62,245 nucleotides of DNA from Octopus bimaculoides (lineage: Eukaryota). The notes under the pieces are model-generated. The model saw only the letters and a program-made list of their open reading frames with translations. It was not told the origin of the DNA and ran no database searches. Made by a program: the position numbers and the translations under genes. This document shows positions 37,051-51,584 of the stretch, in pieces. The DNA is taken from NCBI RefSeq assembly GCF_001194135.2, contig NC_068992.1, positions 60,370,351-60,432,595 on the forward strand, given 5' to 3'. Numbering within the stretch: position 1 is the stretch's first letter; each line of letters begins with the position of its first letter.

Positions 37051-38559
37051 GTGCTAAGAATTTAGTAAAAAAATATTAATACTTTTATGTTGAGTATTTC
37101 ATGGTATTTACGTTGAGTGAATGTGTTTATTCAATGTGTTTATAAATTGTTTCGACGACATATTAGTACCATGTTCTCGATTCAGCTTTGCACCAGTGCT
37201 GCACGGCATTCTCACTCGCGTTTCTGCCTGAAGGCAGCAGCTGGAAAGAATACTGCAAAATATCCCACTCCACAGTCTCACAGTTATCCTAATCCATCGA
37301 TCTGTAATGGAACTTTTTATTGACTTCTAAACGATGAACGTCTTTCTCAGTGGAGACTATCGGAGCAAATTCCATGAAGCATTTCAACCGACGTTCTGAT
37401 GATTCGACCAAATCACTGACCTGATCAGACATTTATGTTCAAACGGAACTATTAGTGACATCCACTGGATGGGAATTTTGCCTAACTAGTCAAATAATGT
37501 CAACAGTATTATTCTCAACGTATGCTAGATCACCCACAAGACAAGCACATCTGAAAAAAGCCCCCCAAAACAAACAAGCAAAGCAAAATATCTTTGGCTT
37601 TAAATTGAAGTCAGCATCATTAATGCGTTTTAAATCTTATTCAAGTTAAAATTTAAATTACGTTATAGGGAAAGCGGTTTATACAGACACGATGGACCGT
37701 ATCTTTAAGGCAGCAACCACCGTTAACTGCGAGTTTCAGGATGATTTTACTCTTTGTTTTTAAGACTTGGGGCTACTAAGTACAGGAGATTCTTGTCCCA
37801 GTGCAATAAACAATCTAGATGTTACTCTTTAAATCAATAACTCACCTTCTTCGTCATAAAGTAAAATTAACGAGACATTATAATGTATACACAAAACTTA
37901 GTTCCCACCATTCTTGAACGTAACCAATAAGTTAATCGAAAATAATTCAAGGAGGCGACAAATTTCGAATGACTCATCTAATTATTAAATCATGCTCTCA
38001 GTTACATTAAATTTCGAGACAAAAAACCCTCAAGATAATAATCCGAATAACTAAGAGGAAAAAATCCAAAATTGTTTACTCCACGGTATACGCCAGCTGC
38101 AGCTACAATACTCTCGAATATGAGCTTTAAATTGTTTAAAGTAACCACTCCCCTAAAACATGTATTGCATAACATATGCACCGCAATTATATAAGCGTAT
38201 ATCTTATTATACAACATGCAGCACTAAATTTGGTTTAGTCGAAATCAATTCAAATTGAATATTGTACTGCATAACATGATACCAATTGCTTTTTGAGTTC
38301 CAAGCGAGTTTCCAGGGCATTCCCTAAAGTCACTCTTTGTTTCCGTACAGCATTTGTGCAATGTGGATTCTGGACTTGTGGAAGTGTATTCCATCAGTAT
38401 TGCGTTGCTATGAAGTTTGGTTTGTTCTTATGGCTTATGTTTTAGCGTTGGTGCAGTAGTAAAAATTGCATGCAGAGTCTGTTGCATTACCTTTTTTGAC
38501 GGTAGTTATTGCAAGGGAATATAATATTTCTTGATTAATCATATTGGAATTTTTACATA

Positions 38560-39035
<476 letters not shown>

Positions 39036-39526
39036 CACATATATACCTACAACAATAATATATTGATGCAGTTCTATTATGACTTTGAGAATAATAAAAA
39101 TATTTACAGTGATATTTATTAATTTCATTATTCGCGGAAATTAAACCAATCATAATAATGTGAAATGTTATTTTGATATGTTGGACATTTCTGATTGCCT
39201 TGCTGTTAGAATTCTAGCATTGCTTTTGTATTCAGCGTTGTTTTTCCAACATATTATGACATCAGTGTTATGGAATAGTAGCATCTTTTGTTATTTATTT
39301 CCTTTTTCTTCCTGTCTTCCTTCTTCTTTTCTCTTTGTTTCTTTGTTACTATCTTTCTTCTGTCTTTTCTTTCCCGTTACAATCTCCCCCGCTTGTCTGC
39401 ATGCCCCTGCTTGCCTGTTTATCTATCTATTAATCAATGTATCTATCTGTCTATAATATCAGTGTTTCCCTCTTACTCCTCTATTCTCACAAACACATAT
39501 AGACATTATACACACTTATGTATGCA

Positions 39527-39595
<69 letters not shown>

Positions 39596-39609
39596 GTCTA
39601 TCTATCTGT

Positions 39610-39922
39610 CGTCTTTTATTTGTCACTTTGTTTCAGTCTTTGGATTGCAGTCATGCTGGAGCACCACCTTGGTGAGTCGAACGAATCGACTCCAGTACTT
39701 ATTTTTTTAAAGCCTTGTACTTGTTTTATCAATCTCTTTATGTCGAAATGATAGATTACGGCGACGTAAACCCATCGACAATTTCGTCAAGTAGTAGAGG
39801 GGACAAACGCTCACACACACACACACGACGACGAATTTCTTTCGGTTTCTGTCCATCCGCTTCACTGAGAATGTCCTAGTCAGCCTGGCACTTTAGTAGA
39901 AGACTCTTGCCCTAGGTGCCAC
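39610..39922 (-). mobile_element. Old SINE family B
   Basis: TGCAGTCATGCTGGAGCACCACC...CCCTAGGTGCCACG. Confidence 0.8.
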
Positions 39923-41639
39923 GTATGTACTTACACATATAAATACATATTGTTAAACATTCCTTCTCCAAAGCATAATGCAATAATCTGTTTCTCTTAA
40001 ACGTCTAAACTGCGAGTGTTTAGAGACAATATGATAGGCGATGTATAGGCTTTCGGCTGAGATAGCCATACTTATAGAGGCAAGTATATATCAACCCACA
40101 CTTATAAATATGTGTACATATATTAATATTGATTCATGCAGCTATGTACATCTATACGTATAGACACTGTTATATACATCAATAGTTATAGATGCATATA
40201 ATACATCGGTAAGGCATGCAATTGACCGAATCCAGAGAACGTCTTAGAGAATTGTTTACGCCCTCTGCGCATTGAGTTTAGATATAAATATTGTCATTTT
40301 TGCCCTTCATCTTTTCAAGATCTCTACAGGATCGATTCCCTATTTTCATCTCACCCTCGTCCACTTTTTCACTATGTCTCCCTCCCCCCACGTCTTCCTT
40401 TTTATCTCTTACTATCGTTGTCTGCTTTTCTGGAGGAAATCGGTTGTGGCGAGATTATGTATGTCAATCTAAATATATCGAGAAGTTCCCTCTCTTATTC
40501 TATCAGATTTTGAAGATACAAAAGCAAGACGTATATGCAATTCATATCTATCCATCCAACTGATTTCCGATTACTATCTCTGGAAGAGTTGGAACGTTAG
40601 GGCTCTCAGGGAGCTTCTCCGTAATGTCCTAACAGAGACAACAGTCCTTAGATATCACGGCAGGATTCTGAAAAGCGACTAAATGAAAGTGTGGGTTCTA
40701 ATCCACCCATCACATTCTTGATCCATCTCCAGGACTCCTACTGGTTAACTTGAATTGAAGACATCGTCTTGCGATTTTTTCCTACGATATTCTAATCATC
40801 ATATATTCGTAGTACCAGAGCAGTGACCTCTCAAAGCTGCGAAGTAACAGTTCGATATGAAGAGACTCTCAGAACTCCAGCCTACGCAACCTGTCGACTA
40901 ACGTTAGCCCAGAGCTCCCTAGAAAAGGACCGTTTACACACACACATACACACACACGCACATACATACATACATATATACTTGTATCTGTGTGTGATAT
41001 AAATATTGCGTATAATATTAATACATATTAATACATCTATATTTACAGATGTAGTAATATGTTTATACTTATAGATGTTTATAACTTATATATATATATA
41101 TTTATGATACTAGTCTATCTGTACTTATTGTTGCGGTTCTTAGTGATGTTTAATGTAATCCGCGAATGACTGTATTCATATCCATAGCAGCTATAAAATA
41201 TAACATCGACAAAGAGTATTTATTAGGCACCATATGATGATGATAAAGCTTTAATAACAGGAAAGGATAAAAATGATAAGTGCTTTTTTATTACCAAAAG
41301 GCATTCTTATGAAGACGATAAAACCTGTGAGTAATGGAATGACTATAGTCAGAATATTGAATTGATTTTCTTCTTAAATAATGGTAGTTAAGTTTAATAC
41401 ATAACTATGCAAACGGGTTATCTTAAAGATAGCGAGTTCTGTAGAGGCACTGGATTTTATTTCGAGATTAATTATTGAATGTATTTCTAACATACACAGA
41501 CGTACACACACACATATTTATATGCAAATACACACACACACACACATATTTATACACAAATACACTCACATACATATTTATACACAAATGCACACACACA
41601 TATATTTATACCTATACACATATTATTTATTTAGTTCGA

Positions 41640-41919
<280 letters not shown>

Positions 41920-42169
41920 GATGTGTGCGTGTAAAACAATGTAGACCACGTATAAAGAAGTCAAATTTAATTACTCCACCTTCAAGTGAAAAATTATAAA
42001 GGCCCTTGATCGAAATTTCGTTCATAGACGTGTCATTACAGGAAACTACATCACTTAACACAACGCAGATAAACAAATAACCAGTACGTTCAAATACTCT
42101 TCAAATCTAGTAGCTCCGGATATGTATGTGCAGAAGCATGTACTCGTAATTTTATCGTTGCTATTTTAT

Positions 42170-42600
42170 AGTAATTTTCCGCCGAGTAGACCTTCATCGA
42201 GAAGGATCGTTACAGCCCTGACAACCCAAATTTTCACAAGGCACAATATATTAACGTCATAATATACATTGGGTATATCGTTTCTAACATGGCAGTGTGA
42301 GATTCTAGAGACATTTGACTGCTGATTCTTGCAGATGGGAAGACTACATAGAATATGGAGCTGAAGGAACGTGGAGCTTGTGGAACACATACAACATACA
42401 ACCAATCGTCTGCATATTCTTCTAGACAGCCTGGTTTTGTACCAAAGTAAGGAACATACTTGAACGTAAATCTGGAAAGTATGACAGTGGATATTTAACA
42501 CTTGTAAGACTTTATTATATAATAGAAACATCTCTGCTGAACTGTCTTTGTAATCAATTTGACCACGACTGCTGAGGGCGAAATGATAGATGAGAGAGAA
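42170..42600 (+). mobile_element. Possible piggyBac transposase relic
   Basis: Scattered motif-like pieces (AQYI, LGI, ELKERG-ACGT, FF.D.WF) in different frames; weak. Confidence 0.3.
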
Positions 42601-42786
42601 AAAAATTTAATAAACACGCTACAAACAGAGGTTCCAAAACCGCAATTGAGAAATAATATTGATTTCCGATATTTTAACATCTTCAGTTATCTTTTTGTAC
42701 TATACATAAGAGAATTTCATTCTCACACCAACATACATAACTAGGCACATGTTCATTCTCCCGTACATATCATAAAACAAGGTAGT

Positions 42787-42787
42787 C

Positions 42788-42832
<45 letters not shown>

Positions 42833-42853
42833 CCTACCTATCTATATACACAT

Positions 42854-42899
<46 letters not shown>

Positions 42900-43099
42900 C
42901 GCACCCCACACGCATATCAATATATATTATACGCTAGATGCATTTGTATACATAATTTTTGTGAGAAACACTAAGCAATTTGAAATAGGAAGAAAGAAGG
43001 CAAAAGAAAGTGAACGATGGTGGGAGGAAACAAAATATATATTCAGGAATACTAACACATGCACAGTAACGCAAGCTTTAATATGTATATATATGTACA

Positions 43100-43164
<65 letters not shown>

Positions 43165-43210
43165 GTATGTATATGTATGTATGTATGTATGTATGTATAT
43201 GTGTATATAT
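42787..43210. repeat. (TCTA)n(CA)n and (TA)n(TATG)n microsatellites
   Basis: Directly visible. Confidence 0.93.
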
Positions 43211-43569
43211 CCTCATGCAATTACGTCACAACTAATTATGATATAACCGTAGAGTATGAAGGTTTTCCAATTCGCTTTTGGTGTTACCGATATTTTTATT
43301 TTGTAAAGAAAATTTATTTTTAGTCCATCAGGTATACCCCCCACCCACGCACACAGACAGAAACGCAAACACAGACCCATAACACGTATGGACATAAAGG
43401 CATACAAACACATACGTTAACATTCAGGCACATACACTCTCCGTCATATTTCAATCATATAGACACATAAGCACACACCAACCGAACGGATATTAAACGG
43501 ACCATACCTTGCATTTCTTAATGTTTTCTCTCCCTCACGTCAATTTTAAACGCATGCTTACATAGTATG

Positions 43570-43915
43570 TAAAGGTGTCGACGTGGTAAGAAACTAGGTT
43601 TCCAACCAAGCCATTTCGGGTTTAGTCCCACTGGGGGAAGTGTCTTCTAATATAGCACAGGCCCGACCAATACTCTGTGAGAGAATTTGGTAGATTGACA
43701 CAGAGTAGCAGCCTGTCGGATGGGAGTGTGTGTGTGTGTGTGTGTGTAGCAGTGTTTCAGTTTTGGCGATAGTTTTTTTATGTTCCTGTAATTAGAGATT
43801 CGGTTAAATGCTCAGTTAGAATAAGTACCAGTTTTAACTGGAAAATAAGTATTGGACTCAATTTGGAAGACAAATTTTTTCAAGGCGGTGTCCCCTGCAT
43901 GGCTGCAGTTCAATA
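43570..43915 (+). mobile_element. Old SINE family B
   Basis: GTGGTAAGAAAC...GGGAAGTGTCTTCTAATATAGC...AAGGCGGTGTCCCCTGCATGGCTGCAGT. Confidence 0.75.
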
Positions 43916-45769
43916 AAGTGTGAAGTATGAAACATTAAAACCAATATCAAAATACCCAAGGGTCACCATGTTTCAATTTCTAATTGAATCTCATCAGTGC
44001 AGGAAAAGAGGCGTCTACATAGCGTGGAATAATGGAATAATACACACGTGCATAATTCCATTCTATGATGTCGGAAAGCTAATGTTTTACTAAGGAACTG
44101 GAGTTACTGTACTGTTAAGAAACCCCCTAAAATTAATTCTTAGTATTAAATCCTGCCCCTTCAAATGAAACGTCAAGGACAATTTTAAGATAGTTCCATT
44201 TAAAGGTATTTTGTTGTAGTTTCATGTTTTTATTACTGGGTCTCTTCAGAATCGAGAAAATATATTATTAAAGTTAAACCAACCACCCTGATAGTTGGTC
44301 ATACCATTATTATAATGGCAAAGAATACTCTGGCATCTCTCTTGCTGATTATATATTCCTCACGCCATTATCTATTAATATTAGTTGTTGCTGTTGTAAT
44401 CATTGTAGCCGTCTGATTCACCCATCCTTTTTTTTTTTTACTATTAGTGTAATTGAGGCTCTCAAAACTAGATAAATTGCTGGTACTGTTGTTTCTCTTT
44501 TGTTGGACATATGTATCGGAAAGCAAAGGACTATTTATGAATAATTCAATTAACAATAATCAATGCACAACATCTTATTGTACTATAGAGACCTTTTGTT
44601 TAATTAAACACGACATTACCGCTTCTTTTACCGATTGAAGGACAGATAAATCTTAAACTGGACTTGAAACAACAGCAACTTCTTTTTAGAATCCTGTAAT
44701 ATATATGTCTTACAATACTGCCACCTACTTAGTCGAAATAGTTGATTTAATTCATCCTGATACTATAACCACTGGTACACAAGCAAGCTACAACTATTTC
44801 AGTGATACTCTGCTCACTTTCATGTAACAGCCATCCCACTTGTAAATAACAATATTTCAAGTTTATTTCAGACGAAATCTTCAGAGAAATCCAAGAACGA
44901 TCAATATCTCGGCAAGCATCAACTTCAGACATGCGCAGCTCTCGAAGCTCAAAGGAAATTTTTAGTCGTCTCTGATTCCTTTCGTATCTCTTGGGAATCC
45001 ATGAACATTATTCTCGACAAAACAATGGAATGCTTGTTATCGATGAAATTAGAATAACGCTTTGTTTCTGGACGATTTACAAAACGAATCTTAAGTTTAT
45101 CAATAGATAAATAGATTTCAATGACATCACATCTTTCGTTCCCGCTTGTCTTATTGATTACCAATCTAGATTATATCATAACTGATTTAACTATTCACCA
45201 TTCCTTTTAAATAAATAATAAGGAACGCTGCGAGCAATGTAGTGTTCTTCACACAAATGCCAATATTACTTCACTTTACAAGAAATTCATTCTCCTTAAC
45301 TAATGATATATATTTCCTATTCCTTTCTATGCAAATGGAACACTCTAGTTTTAAATGTAGAATATTAAATTATATTTTCTGTGTATATGAAAAGGAATAG
45401 ACACTCGTGGATTAGACACTGGAGCCATTCTTTGAGAAAGGAAAAAGAGTTAACTGAATTTTTTATCAAATAGATTTCAAGACTTGATAGAAAAAAAAAC
45501 TTGAGTTAAATCGAAAACGAAAAATGGAATCTGAAATTTCAATTCGAATCTCAATAGAAAACTAATAAATTCGAATTTAAATTAAATTAATAACCTGTTT
45601 TATAACTTAAACCTTTATATCTATCTCACATACATTCTCCCGAGAAAAGACTCCCAATTACTAGAGTTATAAAGAAATTGGAATTACTCAGGATGCGTAA
45701 AAGGAAAATAATTCATTTCAGAAAATTAGTTTGTCATAGGAGGATAGGAAATACCATAACTATTGTATT

Positions 45770-45985
45770 AATTTCATGACAGATAAGATTGATGCTGTTT
45801 ATATTCATTATATACCTCTGTAGATCAATGATTATAGGAAAAGTCATACTGTCGGAGAGGGAATTCCACAAAGCTGCAAATGTCGAAAGAGACAGATGGG
45901 GAAGTATTTCACGTAAAAACTGGGAGACGAGAAAGAGTTGAGGCAAAGTCAAAGGAAGAGGCAGGTGAGTCGAGTGTGTCTTCAT
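45770..45985 (-). mobile_element. CR1/L2-group LINE 3' fragment
   Basis: STFAALWNSLSDSMTFP..IDLQRYIMNIN matches the RT..LWNSLP..VFP...L..FK..IN terminus. Confidence 0.55.
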
Positions 45986-45989
45986 AGAA

Positions 45990-46710
45990 TATGTAATGCA
46001 GTTTGTTATTTCAGAGGATAGAAGGAGTAGGTATAAAACTTAGCTATTTCATAGGAGAGAACTGGAATTTGCTGGTGAGTGTCTCAGAGAGCGGGGTGGG
46101 GGAAGAATGAGAGAGATAGACAGAGAAAGAGAAAAAGAGTTACATACAGATGCGAATTTCAGTGGCTATTTTGATGGGGCGAAAATCAAGGTACATTTGG
46201 CTAGCTGTTTCAGATAAGTGAATCCGGTATGCATTAGATTGTTCAGAAATAAACCGAATGGGTATAAAGATGCCTATTTCAGAGGTGTCAAAACGGGTAT
46301 GCGGATAGAAGAGCACGGGAACGCAGCTTGATATTTCAGGGGACAGAAGGCGGGTATGCAGTGAGACAGTTGAGAGAAGAGAGAGCGGTTCACAGTCAGT
46401 GGTTTGAGAAGGGAGCGAGCAGGTATGCGGATAACAATTAAAAAGTAAGAGTAAAAAAGTTAAAGCAGTAAGCTGCAAGCTATTTCATACACGTGAAAGC
46501 GGGTATACTGATAGCTATTTTCAATGAAGTGAATGCTAGTATCCATCTAGATTTTTTCCGAGAAGAGAAAATGAATATAACTGATTTCAGAAATGAGAAA
46601 GTGGGTATTGAGTTAGCTATTTCTGAGAAAAGAAAACAGATATTCAGCTAGTTATTTCAGAAGGAGAAAAAAAGACAAAGCGGGTATGCTGCTGGCTATT
46701 TCAGCGTAAT
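45990..46710 (+). repeat. Decayed minisatellite, about 35-bp unit (AAAGCGGGTATGC.G.TAGCTATTTCAGA...)
   Basis: (G/C)TATTTCA-type motifs recur near 46201, 46235, 46271, 46478, 46511, 46581, 46614, 46650 and 46693, alternating with GGGTAT motifs. Confidence 0.7.
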
Positions 46711-46879
46711 ATTAATTAAATACGAAGAAAAGGAGTAATAAGAACAACTCGAACAACGGCCATTGACTATGAAAAAAGGGTCAGATATATTATTATGTAA
46801 AAGATAAGCTATGTCAGAATACGACGTCATAATTGCTTAGGAAATAAGTGGTGACAAAGGTAGAAGACACACAGACACA

Positions 46880-46919
<40 letters not shown>

Positions 46920-47007
46920 AACAAGCTTTTCAGAGAAATATATTGAAAGGAAGAGGAACTGAATATAATGCTTGCCTATAGTTTTCAATAAATGCATGCA
47001 TTACATA

Positions 47008-47039
<32 letters not shown>

Positions 47040-47253
47040 CTCTTTTACTCTTTTACTTGTTTCAGTCATTTGACTTCGGCCATGCTTGAGCACTGCCTTT
47101 AGTCGAACAAATCGATCCCATGACTTATTCTTTGTAAGTCTAGTACTTATTCTATCGGTCTCTCTTTGCCGAACCGCCACGTTACGGGGACGTAAACACA
47201 CCACCATCGGTTGTCAAGCGACTTGGGGGGGACAAACACAGACACAAACATAT

Positions 47254-47294
<41 letters not shown>

Positions 47295-47393
47295 CATATA
47301 TACGACGGGCTTCTTTCGGTTTCCGTCCACCAAATCCACTTACAAGGCTTTGGTCGACCTGAGGCTATAGTAGAGGACACTTACCCAAGGTGT
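47040..47393 (-). mobile_element. SINE family B (5'-truncated)
   Basis: Close match to 34645-35052. Confidence 0.93.
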
Positions 47394-47937
47394 CTATGGA
47401 GAAAGAGAAAGAAAGAGAGATAGAGATGCAAATTAACACACCTTGACCTGATATACAATATATACATACATATCCATATGTAAATATGTATAGGGATACA
47501 TGCAGAGAGAAACAAAAACTGAAAATATTCAGAAAATGAACACTCGTGTATAACCGTGTAGATATTTATATGTTAACTGCATAAATTTAGATACTACAAA
47601 AAATATAGAAATCTAAGCGGAGAGGGCATGGTTTTTCAGGTCCGACAGCTGTCTCTGGGTCCTCGGAATTACGTAATAGTTGTAATGTTAGCAGATAGAG
47701 TGTGCATAAAATCAAGGATATGCAACCAGTAGTGAATGCATATAAGCATTGCCGTAAAGCCAGCCTCTATTTTCCAGGTGGAAAAATTGGTAACTATCTA
47801 ACTTCGTGTATTTCACTTTTTGCCCGCCTTACACTCTTACAAAAAATATAAACTAAATTCTATCTCCATAAAAAGTCCCTTGCGAAAAGTCTCCTTTAAG
47901 ATAGCGTGTTGGCGGCAAGATATATATGTGCACGTGC

Positions 47938-47938
47938 G

Positions 47939-47983
<45 letters not shown>

Positions 47984-47993
47984 NNNNNNNNNN

Positions 47994-48043
<50 letters not shown>

Positions 48044-48212
48044 GTTTTGTTTGTTTTCCCTAAACATTGTGGATCAGCAAAAGGAAGTAATAAATTAAGT
48101 GTACCAGACTTGAAAAATAAGTATTCGGATCGATCTATTTGACTAAACCCTCGAACGCGGTGCCCCAGCATTGGCTGAGTCCAATGATCTAAGCAAGTAA
48201 AAGATAAAAGAC
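47938..48212 (+). mobile_element. (TG)n with small gap, then SINE family B 3' part
   Basis: GCGGTGCCCCAGCATTGGCTGAGTCCAATGA...AAGTAAAAGATAAAAG. Confidence 0.75.
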
Positions 48213-49367
48213 ACCTCAACGAAAGTTGATGACGTCATTCATAAAAGTTATTCTATTGGATTGAAGTGAGCTGACGTTCGACGTTTTGAGCAAAATCTTT
48301 CTTCAAAACTTCAGAACTCACACTTTCACCCATTAGCAGAGACAAATATCATTAATTATATTAAATTAGTACATACAAATTACTTGGAAAAATCTATTCT
48401 TCCTGGTGTTATTATTTCCATTTTATGCTGGAATTACTATATAATGAGGCATTAGTTTATAGACTGATCACATCACTTAAGATTAATGCAAACGCCGCTG
48501 ACAGGAATCCAGCAATCAGGAAATTGTGCGATCTCCTATCTGTCGTCGGAATTATATTTAGAATACGATTATTTAAAGACTCCAGCCGATTATTAATTCA
48601 CTGCAATCAACACGGCATTGTCAAAACTTATTGTTTCACCGACTAATCGACATGAATTCGTTACACTTGTTACCATATTTCTGTTGGAATTCGTTGCTAT
48701 TGTTTCAATAAATTTTTTAAATAATGAAGAATTTAGAATAATGTAATGAGGAATTAAGTAGAACATACCATTAATGAATTAAACATTAAGTTTCAATGAA
48801 TAGTTACAATTTATATCTCAGAAGCAGAAGCGCTCTTAAGCGGTTGAGTATCAAAAACGGTGATAAATTTTATTACATGTAGTCTTATATAACTTATATA
48901 TGTGTTAAACAGTGAATTCTTGGGTTATGTTGTAGAACATTAGATAATTTGAGGGTTGAATCTTTCGTACACCGCCAAAACATCGTCCAAGAACTGTCCT
49001 ATTGTACCTTTTTATAAATGTACAGTCGTCATATATGTCGTTTTTTGTTGTTGATGCTGGGATCCAGGGCAACCCTAATCAAAACAACTTTATCATCAAA
49101 ACAATTCCAACGAATTGCTTTGGGTTTTGTTGGATTACATTCTCTAGTGTATGTTTTTTAAAAGCAGCAGTGGTATATGTGTGCCTGTGTGTGTGTATCT
49201 GTGCGCGTGTGTCTGTGTGTATATATGTCAGTGTGTATTTTTGCGTTTGTATTTGTTCACACGCAGATACACGCGCATAGATACACACGCACATACACAA
49301 ACATACATACGACAGGTCGCCTCCACACGCTTTCCGTTTAGAAAGTTCACTGTGGGCCGGGAATGTA

Positions 49368-50598
49368 TTGGGTTGTCCGGAAAGTTCGTGCCGATTTATA
49401 GTAGCTTACCTTTCGACTTATTTTAGAACATGGTTGTGTCCATTAAATAGGATTTGACTACACCTCCATTTAGAGCACAGTTTAAGTTATCTTTTCGTGG
49501 AAGAAGGTTTATGTTCCTATAACCTGTGCTAATTCTGTAACCCTTTAAAATGGAAGATAAGAAAGTTCATTTTCGGCACTTGATGCTTTTCCGTAAAAGG
49601 AAAAATGCCTCACAAACAACCAAAGAAATATGCGCAGTTTACGGTGATGCTTCTTTATCTGAAAGAACTGTACGGAAGTGGTTCACAAGGTTCCGAGTTG
49701 GTGATTGTAGCCTTATTGATAAAGAGCGATCAGGCAGACCATCCACTACAGATGATTACCAATCAAGTCATTAATCGAGAATAACCCACATTGCACAACT
49801 CGAGAATTGGCAGAAAGCCTCAACCCATCAAAATCCGTCGTACATGAGAACCTGGTAATGCTTGAGTACACAAATCACTACGATGTTTGGGTACCACATG
49901 AGTTGAGTGAGAAGAACTTTTTGGTTCGTATTTCCATCTGTGATACGATACCGAAATGGATTATCTACCAAAATGTAAGGTTCAGATAAAGTGATCCTGG
50001 AGTAAGCGACATGAGCTACCCTTAGCCACTCCAAAACGAGTCTTCACCCTACAAAAAGTCATGCTTTGTGTCTGATGGGATTATAAAGGAATTCTCTACT
50101 ATGAGCTTCTCCTAAGTAACCAGACAATTAATTCTGTGAAATACTGCACACAATTGGACGAATTGAAAGCAGCATTTCAAGAGAAACGTCCAGAATTGGC
50201 CAACAGGAAGAGTGTTGCTTTCCATGATAATGCAAGACTGCACATTTCTTTGGGAACCAGACAAAAATTGCTGCAGCTCAGCTGGGATGTGTTACCCCAC
50301 ACTCCATATTCACCAGATATTGCTCTTTCGGATTTCTACTTATTTAGGTCTCTGCAGAATAGTCTTAATGGTAAAAATTTCAATTCCTTGGATGACGTAA
50401 AAAGATACCTTGATGAATTCTTTGCCATGAAACCACCTTAATTCTGGGAAGAGGGTATTTTCAAGTTAAAGGAAAGAAAGATGGAGACGCATTGTGCAGC
50501 AAAATGTGCATATTTGATTGATTAAAAATGTAATGGCAAGTATTTATTGACCTTTTTCTTTCCTTTAAAAATCGGCACGAACTTTCCGGACAACCCAA
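49368..50598 (+). mobile_element. Mariner (DD34D) transposon, near full-length, pseudogenised transposase
   Basis: Perfect 30-bp TIRs (49368-49397 / 50569-50598), TA on the left; MEDKKVHFRHLMLF, ERSGRP, WVPHEL, HDNARLH...YSPDIALSDFYLF with 34 residues between Asp2 and Asp3; stops, frameshifts and a deletion. Confidence 0.96.
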
Positions 50599-50877
50599 AG
50601 TAGAAAACACTTGAACACGTAGCCTATCATGGATGTTGTCGTCATTACTTCAAACCTATCGTCGAAGACATTTCAACTATGACTAACCATCCTGTATTAT
50701 GTTGAGATTTAACGTCTATAGGACAACGTTATCGAATATCCCCTTGACGGAATCGGATAAGGATTCTCACATATACTAACAAGCAAAAGCAGCCAGATGG
50801 CAAAATCTTTAAATTAGGTCCTTCTCCAAAATGTCCTGCCTTGTATCTATAGTAGAAAGGATTATTTCACTGATATT

Positions 50878-51180
50878 AGCCGCGAGCTGACAAATTCGTT
50901 AAACAGCCGAATAAATTGCTTCGTTGCATCTCTTCTGGTTCCTTACGTTCTGAGTTCATACTTTGTCCGAGATCGATACTTTGTCCGAGATCGATACTTT
51001 GTCCGAGATCGATACTTTGTCCGAGGTCGATACTTTGTCCGAAATCGATACTTTGTCCGAGATCGATACTTTGTCCTTCATTCTTTCAGGGTCAATAAGA
51101 TTAAGTATGGGTTAAGAACTGGGGTCGATGTAATCGACTACCTCCTTTCCAGTTGTTGGCCTTCTACCAACATTTGAATC
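50878..51180 (+). mobile_element. SINE family A containing an 18-bp tandem expansion
   Basis: Family A head and tail flank the array. Confidence 0.85.
50958..51076 (+). repeat. Minisatellite (ATACTTTGTCCGAGATCG) x6 plus a partial unit
   Basis: Head-to-tail units with single substitutions in units 4 and 5. Confidence 0.97.
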
Positions 51181-51186
51181 TCTTAC

Positions 51187-51345
51187 TTTATCAAACAATG
51201 ATGATGAAGAAGTGCTTGAATGTCTAAGAAAGGCTTTGTGATATCTTGTGGTGTCCTCATTATGTCCTGTGTTTAATAAGGTTACCGTTGTAAAACGTCT
51301 ATTTCTATTGTTCTGTGGGGTGGGAGTCAATACAATTGCATCCAT
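51187..51345 (-). CDS. Candidate first coding exon of an unidentified minus-strand gene (MDAIVLTPTPQNNRNRRF...SSSSLFDK, 53 aa)
   Basis: ATG in AAAAATGG context, 159 nt open, ending at AA|GTAAGA (phase 0); long CT-rich upstream region on the same strand. Confidence 0.5.
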
Positions 51346-51584
51346 TTTTAGGTTCTACCCCATAGAAAGTTTGTAAGTTCGCGCAAATGTCATAAAATAG
51401 TATTTCACTAAATACAAGTTCAATCACCGAATGCGAATTCAAACGCATGGTCATGTGTCGAATGTTTTTTTTCTACCAAGTTCAAACGGTCTAAGTCGAC
51501 CAATGGTTAAAGATGCAACAGCAGCAACAAAATTAACACAACTACTATATCTACACCACCAGCACCACTCTCTTACAGCGAGAG

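Noticed and set aside
40585-40925. MITE defined by AACGTTAG...GAGCT motifs at both ends
   Set aside because: The ends are not true inverted repeats and no TSD is present.
42335-42446. Plus-strand exon (ttcttgcag|...|gtaagg) whose best frame has one TAG that A-to-I editing could turn into Trp
   Set aside because: All three frames contain stops and no protein is recognised. A decayed piggyBac relic or chance explains it more simply; only RNA evidence could revive it.
44747-45164. Two adjacent minus-strand ORFs as host exons or a PLE N-terminus
   Set aside because: Weak acceptors and only a vague H...LSR..IPK resemblance; not supportable.
50958-51076. CRISPR-like array
   Set aside because: Units are contiguous with no spacers, the context is eukaryotic, and the unit derives from the host SINE.
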